A DNA stretch of 57,085 bases from a virus (lineage: Duplodnaviria > Caudoviricetes), in IMG/VR virus record IMGVR_UViG_3300044645_002658, positions 1-57,085 of that record; one strand, written 5' to 3'. A model generated the notes under the pieces. It did not search any database, was not told the DNA's origin, and saw only the letters and a program-made list of their open reading frames with translations. The position numbers and the translations under genes were made by a program. How positions within the stretch are numbered: the stretch's first letter is position 1; every line of letters begins with the position of its first letter. Shown in pieces: positions 55,701 through 57,085 of this stretch.

Positions 55701-57085
55701 TCAAAGAAATTATTTACCCACCGAAGGAAACTTGTTTTATGAAAATAAAACAGGAAGGGTAAGTGCGGACCAAACCACTTCAATGTTGAATACTCCAGTA
55801 TTCTTAAATGCGTTAATGCAGGATATTGACAACCAAAGAAACGGCTCAGCAAATCCTTTTGTTACTTCAGCATACCTTTTCCTTAACTCACTTCCTTTAA
55901 CTACCTTAAGGGAAAAATACAAAACCATCCAAAACTCATCTGTAACTGAGTTGGATTACATGTTTTCAACATTTACTAAGTTTGGTGGGGTTCACAAATT
56001 ACCCTATGCGTGGATTCTTAAATACGGAGCCATTTGGTACAGATACAAAACACAGATTACGACTGGTGTGGACATTTTGAACCCAGTTTGGAATAATATC
56101 AACTATGTGGATTTGTATGACCCAACGACATTGGATGTTACCAAAGTCTATTCTTTTACGGACCAAAAAAATAGTTCGATTAAGTTAGTTTTAGAGGATG
56201 ATTCTACAACATCTTTGGGTCCTATTAATATTACATCATCATATATGAATGTTGGGTTTTACCCAAAAGTTATAAATAACATTTATTACATGATGACGGG
56301 ACAAGATTTGTTCAGTCAATATACTGACGCTGAAATACAAAATGCGATAGACGAAGGAATGAACGTTGGAACAATTGATTCGGCCAATATCAATTTACCA
56401 TTAGGATATGACCCGCAAAATATTCTTAGAAACTTATCTTTCAATACTTGGTATGCCTCGTATGACACTGACAATTCTCCCAAGTTCCCATCAAGCTTAA
56501 AACAACAAACAATTCTATTCCCGAGTTTTGGTTCAAGTTATAACCAAGTCTATGCTGAATGTTTTTCGGCAAACACAAAATACCAAGAGGTGTTCGGTAA
56601 TACGGCAGTCTATGATGGTTCAGCAAGAACTTTTTGGCAAGCCCCCAACTTTGGTTATTTTGAACTACCAAGTATTACCAAGCCTGACTACAATCAATAT
56701 TTCAAAAACTTTAGTCCCGATTCATTTTCGAAAGACGCGTTTTCTTTGGAAAATAACTACGATACAATCGAAGAAATCTTTGGAGTTTTCAAGAAAGAAA
56801 TTTTAGACTTATTTGAGGAAAGATTCTTAGATTTTTGTAGACCTTTGAACACTCTGTCCGTCGATGATATGGATGGTGTGGTTGTCACCAACAGAAATTT
56901 CCAAAGTTTATTGACAGAAATATTATCTGTTGATGTCATCGACCGTCAACTAAATTACAATGATTATGTAATTAAAGCTGGAAATGCTCAAACACTGAAA
57001 GTTGGTTCGGTGATTCAAACTTTGTTGGAATATAATGTTGTCTTTAGATACGGAAATCCAAGTAATTTCAACAGGAAACTTTTCG
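52699..57085 (+). CDS. Very large baseplate hub/tail-associated protein, 3'-truncated (over 1460 aa)
   Basis: Manual translation MAGENSSYNDNIFVDFDCQNIVLVDPNK...; the frame checked at both ends is open to the window edge. The ORF track omits it because no stop lies in the window. Function inferred from synteny. Confidence 0.7.
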   Translation, partial: MAGENSSYNDNIFVDFDCQNIVLVDPNKIQQADGTVRERQIHPEEFVMYANLEAKVLPRTKLAVGAPIDDAVQNVQLASINFLRPGGKTRLDNSYLDEITGLNAVNGKGTNQPGKANIQVENKPNEFYIKQNTLNSMDTGLMGIESIRVKNTRSATPTVEMVLIDTQGRALFEKGENSEYAAFFNLPYPIFYLTMKGYYGKAIKYQLILTNFSAAFEGNTGNYRISLKFYSYKYTILAETQVGALFATPFMYTSDFKVTATGAEPPSVQAARASVGNTTSPTVNVRTTKGAGFIKNMYSKYKALNLISKDLPELSLPELRARLDVLEKNLLESFGQEDFTPLSNIQSYFKLIQEFQEDVFSSNANSWFSQFIDPNKTFVYKTRKNDKEFITTSYVFNEKTIASEQTRQDAIATLRRIVNEYKTQLNKNPTLGLQGSFTVEGITDTSVRVKKLKNIFVNDPLKGLDQDGAVIPDTFRKSITIEEIDWAATYAVRNKIKGTELQVSALKVEEGVKYFRTQAIKLENQPVLLPTYNFVFEGNDYFSGIISLINNEINQAKEKVLLALSAFLEKKIEGPNGIGFRPSIKNIMAMIFASLEAFYLMMDDVHTQAWGQRLNKIRKQAVFNQVTTSASSDGKNNTPFTVNANNGLAEVPVYPWPQYIVNTNSPDGEQYELRYPGAPSEISKTGANNYEAWPEVQFVEEYIRGLARTADNPPIPTSDNNESRSIRRLSVNGVEFPMTNFPYSDYQAVKFLYEIYERVILAAYWDRLGKDGSNSLEVYKALSDIESLNIQTSLLGTSPQLTKILKNIAFTPVNYLGVLRQSSNDGTGPSWQQLIRGEFTSEYLRGITDVDFSLLSNDVIKNSALNTNQQTESLTKISEYIKSSTSTTTDITDLYPFTDTTWNSQNLSGYKLSTNVYNTTQSLFLNESNRFICNFQTDESYDSLLNSAIETSLNTGNRTAQNGLSGVNKPYTNGFNIESPNLTNSNGQTVNLSAFYTDRIIQRNYLPTEGNLFYENKTGRVSADQTTSMLNTPVFLNALMQDIDNQRNGSANPFVTSAYLFLNSLPLTTLREKYKTIQNSSVTELDYMFSTFTKFGGVHKLPYAWILKYGAIWYRYKTQITTGVDILNPVWNNINYVDLYDPTTLDVTKVYSFTDQKNSSIKLVLEDDSTTSLGPINITSSYMNVGFYPKVINNIYYMMTGQDLFSQYTDAEIQNAIDEGMNVGTIDSANINLPLGYDPQNILRNLSFNTWYASYDTDNSPKFPSSLKQQTILFPSFGSSYNQVYAECFSANTKYQEVFGNTAVYDGSARTFWQAPNFGYFELPSITKPDYNQYFKNFSPDSFSKDAFSLENNYDTIEEIFGVFKKEILDLFEERFLDFCRPLNTLSVDDMDGVVVTNRNFQSLLTEILSVDVIDRQLNYNDYVIKAGNAQTLKVGSVIQTLLEYNVVFRYGNPSNFNRKLF

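Noticed and set aside
52752-56939. Short ORFs listed in the track across the last 4.3 kb
   Set aside because: They are shadows of the single large plus-strand ORF starting at 52699.
1-57085. Stop-codon reassignment (alternative genetic code), as in some large phages
   Set aside because: Long genes are intact under code 11, and TAA, TGA and TAG all appear as real stops with tight gene packing.

Overview
AT-rich, gene-dense segment of a large contractile-tailed (myovirus/jumbo-type) bacteriophage, read with genetic code 11. No tRNA, rRNA, CRISPR array or IS element was recognised. From 1 to 18.4 kb a minus-strand block encodes PhoH, a split RfaE/HldE-like sugar kinase and nucleotidyltransferase, nucleotide-sugar enzymes (GDP-mannose 3,5-epimerase-like, WecB, UDP-sugar dehydrogenase, short DegT aminotransferase, GNAT), several glycosyltransferases (GT11, GT4, GT2, GT-D/DUF1792-like), NadE, dUTPase, an exonuclease, a WYL-domain protein and hypotheticals. 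From 18.4 to 30.3 kb a plus-strand block starts with a 1182-aa protein carrying two mucin-like Thr/Pro tracts, followed at once by a GT60-like (Skp1-hydroxyproline GlcNAc-transferase family) enzyme and multi-domain glycosyl-, methyl- and sulfotransferases. Next come a family-B DNA polymerase, neck proteins, an Fe/Mn-SOD fused to a nuclease-like domain, a SNF2 helicase and a tail module (terminator, sheath, tube, chaperone, tape measure, OmpA-containing baseplate protein, gp53-like protein, and a giant baseplate protein running off the window). Highlights are a putative phage-encoded mucin-type O-glycosylation system for virion proteins, a UUU_CGG +1 frameshift candidate at the tail-chaperone locus, a recurring sense-strand TATTTAT promoter-like motif, the SOD-nuclease fusion and a structured leader on the polymerase gene. 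All functional calls come from motif recognition by eye; no database searches were run.
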